This document shows, piece by piece, positions 23,341 through 36,551 of a stretch of 64,000 bases of DNA. Source of the stretch: Felis catus (Eukaryota); contig NC_058368.1 in assembly GCF_018350175.1 (NCBI RefSeq), positions 12,276,001 to 12,340,000 on the forward strand, read 5' to 3'. Every line of letters starts with the position of its first letter. The first letter of the stretch is position 1. The position numbers and the translations under genes were made by a program. The notes beneath the pieces were generated by a model. The model did not search any database, had not been told where the DNA came from, and saw only the letters and a program-made list of their open reading frames with translations.

Positions 23341-26300
23341 GAATAGGAACAAAGAAAGCTGCTGAAGGTAGAATGCTGGAAGGAAAAGGCAGAGTCGGGG
23401 TTGACCGTGAAGAGAGAAGAAGCAGAAGGTAAAGAAGTGAGAAGCGGTGTAGAGCGGAATGTCAGGTAGGCCTGGGCAGCAACACTCGTGTCTAAATTGG
23501 CATAGGTCTACACCCTGGGATTGCAAAGGCTGAGGGAAAGAGACAGCAAAGGAAAATGGCTGAGAAAAGCTTTGGAAGTGCAAAACACACCGCAGGATAT
23601 GCGAGGCTCAGTTTGAATTAATTCTCTTTATAAAGAGTGAAGGGAAGGCCAACCTACCCTCATACAACTGAGCGTATTGTGGGAACCCAGCAGCACGGAG
23701 CCAGTCGCATGCTTCCTTCGCCTCGATTTCTGAAAAATACAAGAAAGGGAAATGCGTTGAGTCCAGCAGCCACACGCTAGCACTCTACCTTCTTAATCAA
23801 GGAGAGACTGGTGAGCACTGTACTCGTTACAAAGCAAAATTGTTCTCAGGCAAGTCTGTCTCAGTAGACCTACCAGAAATGGGTGTAAAATGAGCAGGTA
23901 TCACAAAGGTACTTATGTGCCTATTAAGATTATCTTCAATGTAGATCCACAAGTATTTGGATAATAACAAAACCACAGATTACAGAACACAAAGGCTGAG
24001 TTTCAGGCAGGGAAAAACGTCTTATTTATATACCAGGGAGCCAAGGGACTACAGAGAAGGAAGAAACACTTCCTTATGATCCTTTTTTTAAATGAATTTT
24101 TTTTTAAACTTTTAAAGTTTAAAGATAAGGCTAAGTATACTCATTCAACCTTCCTTTATTCTTTCACTCTTGGGCTAATGAAAGAAAGAATACAGCTGGA
24201 TGGTCCATGAAAATGTATTTTCTCATGAAGAAAGGTATTACAAAAATCCAGTGTATTGCTATTTCTTTAATTTTTCTGATGGCTTTAATTCCCAATGCCT
24301 TCCAACAAGATGTTCATTCATCACACACATCCGAATGATTTCAAGCTGCAGAGTGGAGCATGGAAAAGCAAAGCTGGTTTTCCAGAACCGAGGCAAGTTT
24401 GATGGGGCTGCTAGAATCTCTGAGGGCTGAATCCAAAAGGCTGATATGTCCTTTGGGTGACCATTCAGTGTGGACACCCCAACCACGCACGGGACCACCT
24501 GCTTGGAGAAGCTGTGGGGTGAGGTGGGAAGAGTCTACAGTATGTGAACCAGGTCACTTTTTGACCTTGTGAATCCTGGATCAATTCCCAACCACAGCTC
24601 TGTTAGACAAATACGAATGCGAGGGAAAAGAAGTTCATCTGTCAAAAGTCCAGTTTCTCCAAACAAAATTAAACAGCCTGTTTTAACAGGTTTCTACCCA
24701 GCCCTCTTCCTCTGCTGTTGGGATGGAGCCCGGTCAGGTCATTGTATTTCCATTTACTCTGATGTTCACTTCTCCCCATAGCAAAAGCCGAGAGTACGGG
24801 GTGTTCTTGGGACAACGGCACAAAAATGAGCTACACTAACATCAGCTGTGGGCTCGAGCCTCTAGACCTAACATTGAGAGCACAGCATCTATGCACTGAA
24901 TTCGGGGAAAAAATGTCTGTGCAGCATAATGTTTATTGTGACAGAGCTATATATATGATAGATGTTAGGCAAACACATCAAAGGCCAGATTTTGCACAGA
25001 CCCCATATGAAAGAGCAAACACTTTCATTCCCATCCCATGGATCTGGTTGGACATAGACTGAGATTTCACATTAAATTCAGGGCATTTCAGAGGCATCCC
25101 CCAATCCACTGCCATTCTAGTGACTGACAATTTCTAAATCTTGGGTTTTTTGTTCAGCATGAGGATTTTTTACATAATTGCTGCCAGCACAGACCTATGT
25201 ACTTGTTCCTGCCACGCAGGCATCATTCAGAAATACTCGGGGCACCAAGCTGGAAATAAAAGCCTTGGAAAGCATTTTGCTCAGGAGGGATGTCTCTGAG
25301 ATCCACAAGTACAGTTCAAAATGGACACTCAGCTGAACTGTACTGTAGGCTAACATGGGTTTTCTTTGGGAAGATACAAAGGGCAATTACTATAGGGCTT
25401 AACAGGCTTATGAGTGCTCCTTTGAGGGTCCTTATGTGAAGGCTTCTGCTTTGAAAATCACACAAGTATTTCAGAGGAAGTAGAAAATGCACATTCTGGA
25501 TGTAACGTGGAAAATGTGGTCAGTTATTACTGAGTCATAGATAGACTGTTGCCTTCTAAATTTTCAAACTTCAGAGTTTCTTTCTCTTTCAGTATAATGC
25601 AATGATTAATAAGGAGGAAATATCTAATTCCCGGATACTGTCTAAACTTAATTATGAGCCAGCAGTCTTAAAGAGGAGCATAGAATTCTGAATTTTCTGT
25701 TGAAACTACATGAATAGTCTGCCTTTTTTCTATTACTTTCACTACTCTCAAAATGCAGTGTTAAGCAGGAGAACCCCAGAGAGACAGACCATGAAGACCA
25801 AATGGAGGGGACCTAGAAGGCAGGGGTTCTACAACACAGAAAACTCAAAGTGAGTTTTGGGTGGGAAGTGAGCTTATAAAAAAGTGGACCCTCCACCGGA
25901 CCCTGAAGTAGTTAGGACAATGAGAGGCGGGCAGCAGGGGTCCTTATAGGAAAATTCCCTTTGGAACTGAAGACTCTCGTGGGACAGTGGAACGAGCTTC
26001 AGGCTAGCCTAGGAGATTTTATTTAAAAGGTTCTCTAACTTCAGTTTATTTTTTCACAAGAGCAACAAAGATAATGAACTGAGATTCTATGAATATGTCA
26101 ACATGAATAATCACATCTTAACCAGAATCCAGCTAAATCAGACCCTTAAATAAACTGATTTTTAAACTGGGGAGGCATTTAGCCTTTAAGTCTCAGAGTC
26201 AAATCCAACAAAGATGGCAGTTAGTTCATCATAACCGAGAAGAAGCCACATCCCAGCCATGGTGGATGCTCCTTGCCATCACTCCTGCACACCCAACTTG

Positions 26301-28879
26301 CTTCTACTTCTGAAATGTCTCTCCAATATCCCTTCTGCTCTAGCTGTAGGCCCAGCACCTTGATATCTCAAACTCTAAGGGCAAACAAACTCTTGTTTAC
26401 ACCCTAGTGACAAAGCAAAGACACAAAATAATCAGACATACTTAACCACTGTCAAATTTGACGTTGCCCATCAAGTTGAGCTGGGGGAAAAAAAGCCCTT
26501 ACAATTTCTACTGAGTCCCCACAGCCCCTACTAACACCCATCAGCCAGATGCTAATGCTAAGGGCATATTACCCTTGCAGTGGCCAAAAATCTTGGAAAA
26601 TTCAAAAGGAACCATCATTGCCAGGGTCATCATGTCACCAAGACCTACCTCATGAGATTTAAATGACATTTGAGGAGAGTGTGAAAATCTCTAACTGTGC
26701 TCCTGCTAGCCAGCATAATATTATGTGAAAGCTTTAAGGGCCATTCAAATCATGTGCTTACAGTTTTATTTGTTCTCTATTTGCAACCCATACCTGTCCC
26801 TGTGGCAGTTCCAGGGAAACAAAGCAAAGCATCAAGTTGCTGCAAGTTTGTAGAAAGCTGAAGTGTGGGGTAGATAGAACAGAATGACCTTGGACAGACT
26901 GGCCTACTGATCTCTACTGCAGTTACCACATTACATTACCTGAGAAAATTCAATCTGTTTGACTCCACAGCATGATAGGATTTCATCAGAATTTCTGCAA
27001 TTATTATATGTAAAACTCATTTCTCTTTAACTCTATAGTGGGTACCTATTTTTGCCTGCTCAGTATCCCCGCCCCCCCCTTCTTCAGATAATAGAACCTC
27101 TTAAGTCTCCTGTTAGGAGATTCTTCTACTTAGTTTAGGTGGGGCAGACAGTCCTGGTCACCCCAACCACACTCCTTGGTCCTATCACCACCACCCAAAC
27201 GGGCATGACCTACTCCTTAAGAACACCCCCACTCCCTTTAGTTCAAGGAGACCAAGGAGCTTCAGGATTTTAAGTCAACAGTTGTTTGGGGGCTGAAATC
27301 AACTGGTTGAAAAGGGAGATATCCAGTTTAACAACTGATAGCTTGATCTGTGCAAAGACCAAGCACATCTTTTCACTCAGTAAATCCAGAAAATTCTTTG
27401 GTGCTGGGCATACTCTCCTGCCACCTGTCTGTGATTCTACTTGAGGGAAAGTCACTCACTCTGTCTTAGCTTCCTTTCCTACGTGCTTAGAACATGATGT
27501 GGCCTCTGTTGAGAGCAGATGCAGTAGAGGGAGGCTTTCTCCCTGGGTGCCTAGGAAGCTGCCAATCAACGGGCATGAGAACAAAGTGGAAACTAACCAC
27601 GGCCTGTAACACTGGTTTTAAAAGATATTATATTATTTCTTAGTTTCACAGCTCAGTGTTGAAAACTTATAAAAAACACAAAAAGGCACAATGAAAGAAA
27701 AAGGTCAACTCTTGTCCCATTACTAACACATAATTTAGTGTATGTTATTTATCAAAATGGTAATCGTTGTAGTATCTTTGGTTGACTACCTATTTTCACA
27801 TAGTAATACACTGTGAATATTTTTCCACATAATGATATTGTTGGCAAAAATGGGAAATTTACTCTGTTTTGAGAATGATCCTTATTTTTTTAAAATACTT
27901 GATTCTTGAATACTGCCAATTGTTAATCACTGCTGGGAGGTTATAAAATCAAGGTAGCCAAGAGAAAACAGTTCAGTAAGACTTCACCAATACAGACTGG
28001 TTGTGGAGAAGGCTGGAAGTCTATGTGAGTTAAGAGATTTACAAGCTGTTTCTTTAAAGAAACACCATGCAGTGATGTTTGGATAGTCAGGTAGATAAGG
28101 TTCTGGAGGGCTCTGGTCAAGTAAGGGGTTATTTTGAGCACAGCAAATTTGCTGCCCAGGCTGGCAGGCCTCCTCTCATGTTACAATCTCATTGAATTTT
28201 TAAACTGGTGTTTCTAGAGTGCTTGGGAACAGTGTGTTCTCCTAGCTAAACGTTTTAAGTACATTTTTTGGTTTACGTTATTCTCGGCACAGCAAATGCT
28301 TTTTCCATAGCTAACCCAAAGGAATACTATTCTCTCTAAATGACCAAAAATTCAAATGAAGGCCAAATTAAATTTTATTATTATCAGAAAGCTAGCTGGC
28401 TAGAAGGAACCTGGTCTACCGTGAAAGGTTTATGAAATCAATATATACAGGCATATGTGTTTATGTTGTTCTTACAAATCTCCTGGAATTGCAGTGGTCA
28501 CACTGGCTCCAATTTAAGTAGGTCTTCTTTCTTAAATGTTCATTAAAATACTCAAGAGAAGTGGGGGGGGAGGGGGGAGGCATCATGGGTCTCCATGTGA
28601 TTTAGAAAAGTAGGTGCTTTGTTTTTCCGTTTAAATTGGCTAACATGGTGGGCACCCTGTTTCTGGAAGATTATGAGTGACTCAACCACCACAAGATGTC
28701 TGCAGTGGATGCAATTAACACTATAAAAGTCTATCAAAGGTATTAACATTTCAACACACTCATGGTTGTTGGCTTAGATTAATTTATATGGCTGAGTTAG
28801 CTTCATCATTAGTGTACTACTTAAGACAAATGACTCTTTGGTCTTCACTTGGAATTTCTCAAGCGAAGTCCTTACTTAC

Positions 28880-28948
28880 TGAAGGTTATTTATTTGGCCA
28901 TACACTACACTAGTTTTGTTAAAATCAATGCCAGAGTGTCCATCCCGT
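28880..28948 (-). CDS. Candidate 69-nt frame-preserving exon (RDGHSGIDFNKTSVVYGQINNL), phase 2-2
   Basis: Donor CA|gtaagtaag is good; acceptor tcattcatatctatatatag| is weak. One frame is open. Confidence 0.3.
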
Positions 28949-29929
28949 CTATATATAGATATGAATGATGCAATAATTAAAATTACATAGATCCATACAT
29001 GACCACCCCAATCCTTCTCCCAAGAGTGCTTTATAACCTTAATCACAGGTACAGGATTAAATATCAAGTTATGTAATCAAGACTGATTTAGGTTTCACAT
29101 CATGGTGACAGGATACTTCTTTTTGCACTCTTTGAATTATATAATAAGTTTATTGCGATGTGTAAAAGGCCTGAGTAAGTCTTAAATGTTTACCAATTAT
29201 AATTTTTCTAATATGCATATCATTTTTTTCCCTTATATTCTAAATAAGTTATTTAGGATAAATTTAAGATTATTAATCACTGAATATTCAAATCAGTGAA
29301 CTAACTTGGAAACACCCATTTTATTTTCCATTCAGTGCCTTTTTTTTAAGGCAACTATTTCCTTAATGTGTAGCAACGTATCTTTTTGTCAGCTGATACA
29401 GAACAACAGAAGAAAAAATCTGGAAGATGCATATATTCCTATGACACCAAGTTATACACAGATAAGGTGGAGATTCATGGTTGTGTTTATGTGTACATTT
29501 TACCTGAAGCAAGAATGACACACGTGTTGGGACACACTATTCCACTGCCAGTTCTTACACTAGCCTTATTCCTCAGGCCTTGAAAGACCTTCTGCAAGCT
29601 GGATTCATAGCAAATCTAGTCACTTAAAAGTAATTTCTATTAGAGTAAAAGAGGATCAAGCAAATTCAACACCTGAATGGTAGGTCTATTCCTAGTCACT
29701 CAAGAGTTGTTTTTAACCAGTCTTTTTCCTGGTTTTTAACCTGCCTTGTTGGGGGCAATCCTACACTGTATATGTAATTTAGTCTTAATTTATTACTAAT
29801 GTATTTAATTTTTAAATTTATAATGAAAGCACACACACACACACACACACACACACATTTTCTTAAACACTTACGATGATTCCCTGCTCTTTCCAGTTGC
29901 TGCAAACTTGCAGTTCTCCTCCAACTCGG

Positions 29930-30275
29930 AAGCATTTACTTCCCATCCCATTGCTGTACAGCTCTGGCCACGTGACCCACTTTAGCCAATGAAATGTGAG
30001 CAGAAGCAATGTATGCTAGTTTCCAGCAAAACGCTTCAAAAGCTGTCATCTAGTTCTTTCAGTTTTCCTACTCTTTTCCCTTTCTCACGAGGCTAGTAGG
30101 TCTCAGACATGTTATTCCTTGAACCTGGGACCTGGAATGGTGACACAGGGAACAAAGCCACAGCAGACTAGCTGCTGACACGTAATGCGAGCAAGAAATA
30201 AACTTCCGTTGTTTTATGCCACTACAACATGGGGGACAACTTGCTACAGAGGCCAATCTCGCTTAAACTAATTTA
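29930..30275 (+). mobile_element. MaLR (MLT1-like) LTR fragment
   Basis: ggccacgtgacc...agccaatgaaatgtgagcagaag; gagcaagaaataaacttccgttgttttatgccact. Confidence 0.7.
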
Positions 30276-31838
30276 ACGCAGGGCTAGATACCCATTCTAG
30301 AGAGAAAGCCTATGGACCTTTATTTCAACTTGAAGCTGTTGCTGGATATCTGTTATTAGTGTGCTCTAGAAGTGAACACAATCAGTATCAGGAATCATTT
30401 CTGCTTGGAATTCTGCTTTCCTGCCTACAGTGCATGGCCTCTGTGAGTTAAAAAAATGAAAAGAATCCTTTCACGATCCTTAGTTACATGCAGCTACATG
30501 TGTCGAGTGTGTGAGTGCACCCATATTCACAGACACACACACTTTTTCTCTCACATACGCACACCACAGAAAATCAAAAGTTCAGGTGCAACTGAACAAG
30601 GAAAGTCTTCAGGAATATAAATACTATTCCTTATGCTCATATTCCTAAGAGCACACAGACACACACAAAAACCAGAAAGAAAAAGAAAATTTACAATCCC
30701 ACCCCAATCAATCTCAAAGAAAAAGAAAGCAGAAAGTATACGCTCTGCCAGCCAAAAAGCTCCTAACCAGATTGTTTTGACTCAAGTTTTCCATGAGGCA
30801 GAGTAGCTCCTCATTCTCTCCTTTCATTTTGTACAGATTGTTCCCATCAGGCGCTTGTGGTATTTCTCAAGGAGGCTGCATGCAGACACAAGCATATGAA
30901 CATCCCCAGCTTTTTTGAACTTGTGGAGCCACTGCCTACCACTAAATCCCAAGAGATTCTTCATGGTGGAGTCAGTTAAGCAACTGAAATGCAAGGAAGG
31001 GGAACAGAAAATTAGAAAGAAGGTCATAATTTTCAGGCTTTGGCCAAAGTATCTCCATACTGACCCACCAGGATAATAAAGTCTTAAATAGCCTTTCTTG
31101 GGACAAGGGTGTGAGATTCTGGAGATGATTTTTCTATCTTGGTTTCTTTGGCTTCTCTTGGAAAGGTGAAGAATAGGAGTCCAAGGTAGCTGACTTGATG
31201 CTGGTTCTCATGAGCAGAGGCTCTAACTTCCTCAAGGTCCGGCAAACTGGTAGTATCAGAAGGGTCCCTGCATATTCACTGCCATGACGATGACTTTTTG
31301 CCTGGGGAAAAGCAACTGCTTTGGACAAGTCCGACCACCGCTAGGAAGTCAGGTTTCTTGGCTTTGGACAGGTACTCTTCTATCCTATTTTGCTTAAAAT
31401 TTTTAATGCTAAAAAAACTACGCATGTCTTTAGGGACTCAAACCCCTTCTCTATTTTCAGATATATCTGAATGTCTACACTTACAAAGGCTTATCTGCTA
31501 TTTCAGTTGCTTAGCCCAACTCTTATAGCTCTGGGTACTCCAATTACACCAGAAGCTCTTGTGATATCAGGGAAAATTCTACCATGCAGGCATCAGAAGG
31601 AGCATGGAGACTCTCCTGATAAAATAACTCCAAGAACCCTACAGAGTTTTTTCAGGTCTTTCACTCTTTGTAGGGCTGGCCATATAAAACAATCACCTGA
31701 GCTACTGACAGCCAGTTCAAAATTTTGTGCACTTAATTTCTCACCAATTGGAACATGTGGATCAATCAAAACTAGTGTTTGCTTAATTTAATCCCAAGAA
31801 AAGATGTATACAACTCAAGTGTAATTTTATTATCTGAC

Positions 31839-31895
31839 TATATATATATATACATATACATATACATATATATATACATATATATACACATATAG
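31839..31895. repeat. (TA)n/(TATACA)n microsatellite
   Basis: Directly visible. Confidence 0.95.
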
Positions 31896-32535
31896 TGTAT
31901 GCAGGTGTGTATTTTTTATTTTTAAATATTTACTAGGAAATATGCGCTGGGATAAAATATTTACTGCGAATTTTTGAAAGTGCCTTTGCCAGTCCTCTAG
32001 AATGTTTTCTACTTGTCTGCAATGGCACTCATTCTGTGAATGATTTTCTAAACATATTAGCACTTGTCTCAGAAAATCAGTAGCCAGATTCAAGAAATTG
32101 TGTTATTAGGTTTTCAGCTATGGATTCATCTTTTTTCTCCATGTTCTTCAAAGCCAAAGCTATCGCTGAACTCAGAGGCTTGCTCTCAAAGTATTGGGAT
32201 TCTTATTTTGTAAATCATTAGTAGACATTGACATTACAATTTAAAACAGAAAGCAATTTAAAACAGGTTAGGTCATTGAAATAGCTTTACTCATTTGGGA
32301 AGGAGGGGGTTAAGATTCAGACCAAAGAGGTGGGAAACAACTTGTACACTGGAGTCCCCCCCTCCCTTTTTTCATCACAGTGATACATTAATGACTGTGT
32401 CATTCTATGATCCAACCACGTGGCATACTGATATTGAAGTCAATTGAGGCATCCCATAAATATACCACAAATGCAATCAAATGGGTTTTTAAAAAGTTAC
32501 ATACACTGTAAAGAGTTTTCAATGTTTAAAACATG

Positions 32536-32680
32536 GGGGCACCTGGGTGGCTCAGTGAGTTGAGCGTGTGACTCGACTTTGGCTCAGGTCATGATCTCAA
32601 GGTTCGTCAGTTTGAGCCCCATGCTGGAGCTTTACTTACTAAATAAATTTATTTACTAAATAAATAAAACTTTAAAAAAG
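32536..32680 (+). mobile_element. Short CanSINE (head plus tail, no CT tract)
   Basis: ggggcacctgggtggctcagtgagttgagcg...gagcccc; TSD gtttaaaaca. Confidence 0.88.
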
Positions 32681-34249
32681 TTTAAAACACAGTAAAAGTT
32701 TTTAAATCTTTAATAGTTTAGTATGGATAGTAAATAACTTCAAATTTTAAAGAACTCTGGGCCTTAATAATTACTGTCACTTCAGATTTTAAGTTTAAGA
32801 ACACAGTAAGAAATGGCAGAAAAATACGTCCTGCAAACACATAAGCACTTCTAAATGGAGGTCCAGGCAGCTCTACCTTATAAAATATAAATATAATTTA
32901 ATTACCTGACTAGCTCTGGGCATATAACAATTTTTATTACTTGCAGTCAATACTATGGTCTTGACTAAGATGCTTGTGCAAATACTCACTGAACTCAGGT
33001 ATAAAAGGGTTATTTCCCTTACAAACAGACTTGAATAAGAGATAAAAATGACCAAAAATCCCCTCTTAAGTGAAAGCTGACAGAAAAGTGGCAAAATCTA
33101 AACCTAAGATTTGAAACACCTGAAAGAAAAAAGGAAGGAAAAAAAGCAAAGCAAAGCAAAGCAAAACCACCACAATTCGATCACAGGTTAGCATTTTGTT
33201 GGCAAATGGTCTCTCATTCTTTTATTATGCAGATGTGTACATGTATATAGGCTAAATTACTATATGTTTCACATAAGCTTTCAATAAAATTATAATCTGC
33301 ATTGCCACTTGACAATGCCTTTTGAACCTCTTTCCAACCCGGCTGATTTCCTTTTCAATCATTCTAGATGGCTGAAAAACATTCCTACTGCCATTACTTT
33401 AAAAAGTATCTTCCTTTATCAATTCAGACGTCACAATCATGAGTTAAAAATAATAAATTCAGTTCTCTGGAGGCTTTCATTCTAAATAAAGAATTCTGCC
33501 TGAACGTGCATCCTGGTGAATGTATTTTCAGGGAGTACTTCTGGGTTGACATTTCTCATGTTATTTTACATTCTGGATTAAGACCCAGCTCATATGGTTT
33601 TGATTTATATTCTCAGCAGACTTCAAAAAGGAAATTCCAAGTGGAAGTTTATTCATACACCAGAACTATGTTTAAATGATGCTACAGGGATGTCTTAAAC
33701 TAACACAAGTCAGGAAGTTCAAAGTTAAGGTTAAATCCTGGACCATGTTCCCACCTCTTCCTTCTTGGTATTTGGAAAGTGGAGATTTTATGTAACAGCT
33801 GTTCCACTTGTCTTTGACCTCCTGCATATGTATTTAGATAATTTCAAAGATGCATTTCAAAACTTTATGTCATAAACTGGTATTTTCTAAAGGGTGTCGC
33901 TGAAGTTTCAAGGTTAAACTTTCAAAACGAAACAAAACAAAAGATACTAGACCAAATAGAGAAAAACTCCCCATCTTGTTTTAATGACTAGATGAATATT
34001 TGGAGTCGACAGGACTCCTCCAATACTCTAAGTAATGAAAAGCAAAAAGTGACCCGAATTTCAAAGCCTAGCAAATTCACCAAGAGTGCATCTCTTTAGA
34101 ACAAAACAAGTTTATTTTTGCACAGGGTTAATGTTATTGCTTTAAAGGGGAGTTTGAAATGAAGATTTGCTCTTAACTAACAGCGTATCTATTAAGTAAA
34201 ACTAAGTTTCTTCTTTTGTTGAATACATATACTCGGTTTTATAAATTAA

Positions 34250-34439
34250 TTTTTTTAAGTTTATTTATTCATTTTGAGAGTTGAGGGAGGCCTAGAGAGA
34301 GAGAGAGGTGGGTAGAGAGAGAAAATCCCAAGCAGGCTCCACTCTGTCAGTGCAGAGCCCAATGCAGGGCTGTTGAGATCATGACCTGAGCTGAAATCAA
34401 GAGTCGGGACGCTCAACCGACTGAGCCACGCCAGCGCCC
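34250..34439 (-). mobile_element. CanSINE (older subfamily)
   Basis: gagatcatgacctgagctgaaatcaagagtcgggacgctcaaccgactgagccac. Confidence 0.9.
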
Positions 34440-34564
34440 TATGAATTAACTTTTTAAAAAGAGTCTGTTGATTGGTTCAGAAAATGCTCCTTTACTTGAG
34501 GACATATACAGACTGTTACAGGAGCTGTAATGCAGCATCTTGTTAAACAGCATTACGGGAGCCA

Positions 34565-34745
34565 TAATATGGCCTGAAGTATTAGAAGCAAGATTCAAAT
34601 CCTAGCTTTACTTTGGATTACCTTCGTGGCCTTGTGATAGGTTAACTTCAGCATGCCTCAGTCTCCGTATCTGTAACAGAGTACCTACTTCAGACCATTG
34701 TTGTGGGGATTAAGTGAGTTGTCAGCTGTATGTGCTACGAGTACA
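34565..34745 (+). mobile_element. MIR fragment
   Basis: gattcaaatcctagctt...tgcctcagtctccgtatctgtaa...ttgttgtggggattaagtgagtt. Confidence 0.7.
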
Positions 34746-36175
34746 GTTGAAGGTGCACGTGCCTGCAACAGAAAATAGTGGTTCCAACGGTTTCTGATTC
34801 TCTCCACTCAGCTCTTCTTCATTTGGCTTTCAGAAGTAGGAGGCATTCATCCTACTGATTTATTCGGCAGACATCTACGGGTTGCCCAGGGTTTGAAAAG
34901 CTAGCGATTAGGCACTGCGGGAGGATGCCTGGCTGTGGGGAGCGGGGTCCTGTTCTGCAGGTCTCTAAGTCAAGCAGAGGAGACAAAGACGCACCCAGGA
35001 ATCACTAATCCCAAGAGAGCAAAACAGGATAAAGTCGTACAGGACTCAGAGCCAGAGGGGACATTTCGGGTAAAGTGACCAGGACAGACTTAGCAGGTGA
35101 GATGACATGTGAGGCAGAAGATGGTTGGCTAACCGGTTCTGCCCATGGCCATCCCTCTCTGCCCCCGGACTACTTTTGAAGCTGGGATTCCTGTGAATGG
35201 CCGTCTTTCTGGAATAGAGCTTATGTTGCTTCATCTGTGCCTGCAGGAGGGCTTTGGAGCTAAATGCCACCGCCCCGTCCCCTACATCCAGATCCTTCTT
35301 ATGACAGGAATCTAATAGGCAATTCGTTTTTTTACATTCTGTGGAAGATTGTGTTATACTTTTTCTGTTAAATTATGCTGTATCGCAGGTAGCCATGCTT
35401 CACACAATACAATGCTGTTTAACAAGATGTAATGAGAGTCATAAATGAAATGTGACACTTTGAAAATGGAACTGAGGGCCTCCACAGGCTGTTACTTTTA
35501 GGATATGAACACCAGGCTGGGGGAGACAGTCTGGTGATTATAGTTTACGATGTGCTTACCAGTTAATAAGTAAAATATTAGCAATTGCTTGATAATGTGA
35601 GGATCTCAAGGGCAAAGATGTGTTTAAACAAACCAAACACATCAGAACCTTGGGAAAGAAATCTGTATCAGATGTGTAGGCTTCATTAAGGAAATGCCTT
35701 CAGAAGATTATTTTTCCATGTTATGAGAAAAAAAAAAAACTGAACAAATAAGTAAATTCCTAGCAAGGGATATGGGCTTCCTGTGGAATAATTACTGGGA
35801 AAAGTTGAGGGTTAAAGTGGATCCCAAGGCCATTGACCTCAAGAGGTCAGGAGTCTCCCAGATAGGCTCCCTATCAAGGTCACTGCCACTATTAAAAACA
35901 TCCAAGGTGTGTGTGGATTCAGGGATTTACTTTGTGAGGAGGCAGTCAGGAAAATCATTGAAATACTATTAAAATACTTCAAGTCATTTACATTTAAAAG
36001 CAAAGAGATGTTTGGTTCTTATGCTTAAATGATCATATTAACATTTCATGGCTGCTCAAATTATACCCAATGCTGAACACAAAACTTAGAAAGAAGTCTT
36101 CTTTGAATCTTTTGGTTTTTTCCAAAATAAGGAATAATTAGTACATATTCACACACACATACCCACACATACATA

Positions 36176-36489
36176 CAGTTGACCCTTGAATGACGCCAGA
36201 GTTAGGGGAACGGACACCCGTGCATTTGAAAGTTTTGACTGTTCAAAACCTTCAGTAATTGTGTATAGCTGACCAGGTGCCTTACCAGTAATGTAAACAG
36301 TTGATTAACACCTATTTTGTAGGCTGTATGTACTACATACTGTAATCTTACAATAAAGCAAGCTAGGAAAAAGAAAATGTTATGAAGAAAATCATAAGGG
36401 AGATACATATATAGTACTGTTCTGTATTTATTTTAAAAATCTGCACGTAAGTGGATCTGCGCAGTTCAAGCTCATGTAATTCAAGGGTC

Positions 36490-36494
<5 letters not shown>
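36176..36494. mobile_element. Non-autonomous Tigger1-like (Tc1/mariner) DNA transposon
   Basis: Perfect 15-bp terminal inverted repeats cagttgacccttgaa / ttcaagggtcaactg, preceded by TA. Confidence 0.9.
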
Positions 36495-36536
<42 letters not shown>

Positions 36537-36551
36537 TGTGTCTGTGTGTGT
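36495..36551. repeat. (TG)n microsatellite
   Basis: Directly visible, abutting the Tigger TIR. Confidence 0.97.

Larger units (their letters stand above)
30824..34190 (-). pseudogene. Decayed multi-exon (unprocessed) pseudogene candidate nested in an intron of the minus-strand host gene
   Basis: Exon-like blocks at ~32202-31965, 31781-31485, 31384-31069 and 30983-30824 are separated by GT-AG introns of 183, 100 and 85 nt with joinable phases. The last block is open to TGA (CLTDSTMKNLLGFSGRQWLHKFKKAGDVHMLVSACSLLEKYHKRLMGTICTK*). The others carry internal stops and frameshifts. Further blocks with acceptor/donor-like ends lie at ~33029-32906, ~33371-33261, ~33620-33500, ~33918-33755 and ~34188-34050. 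Confidence 0.5.
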
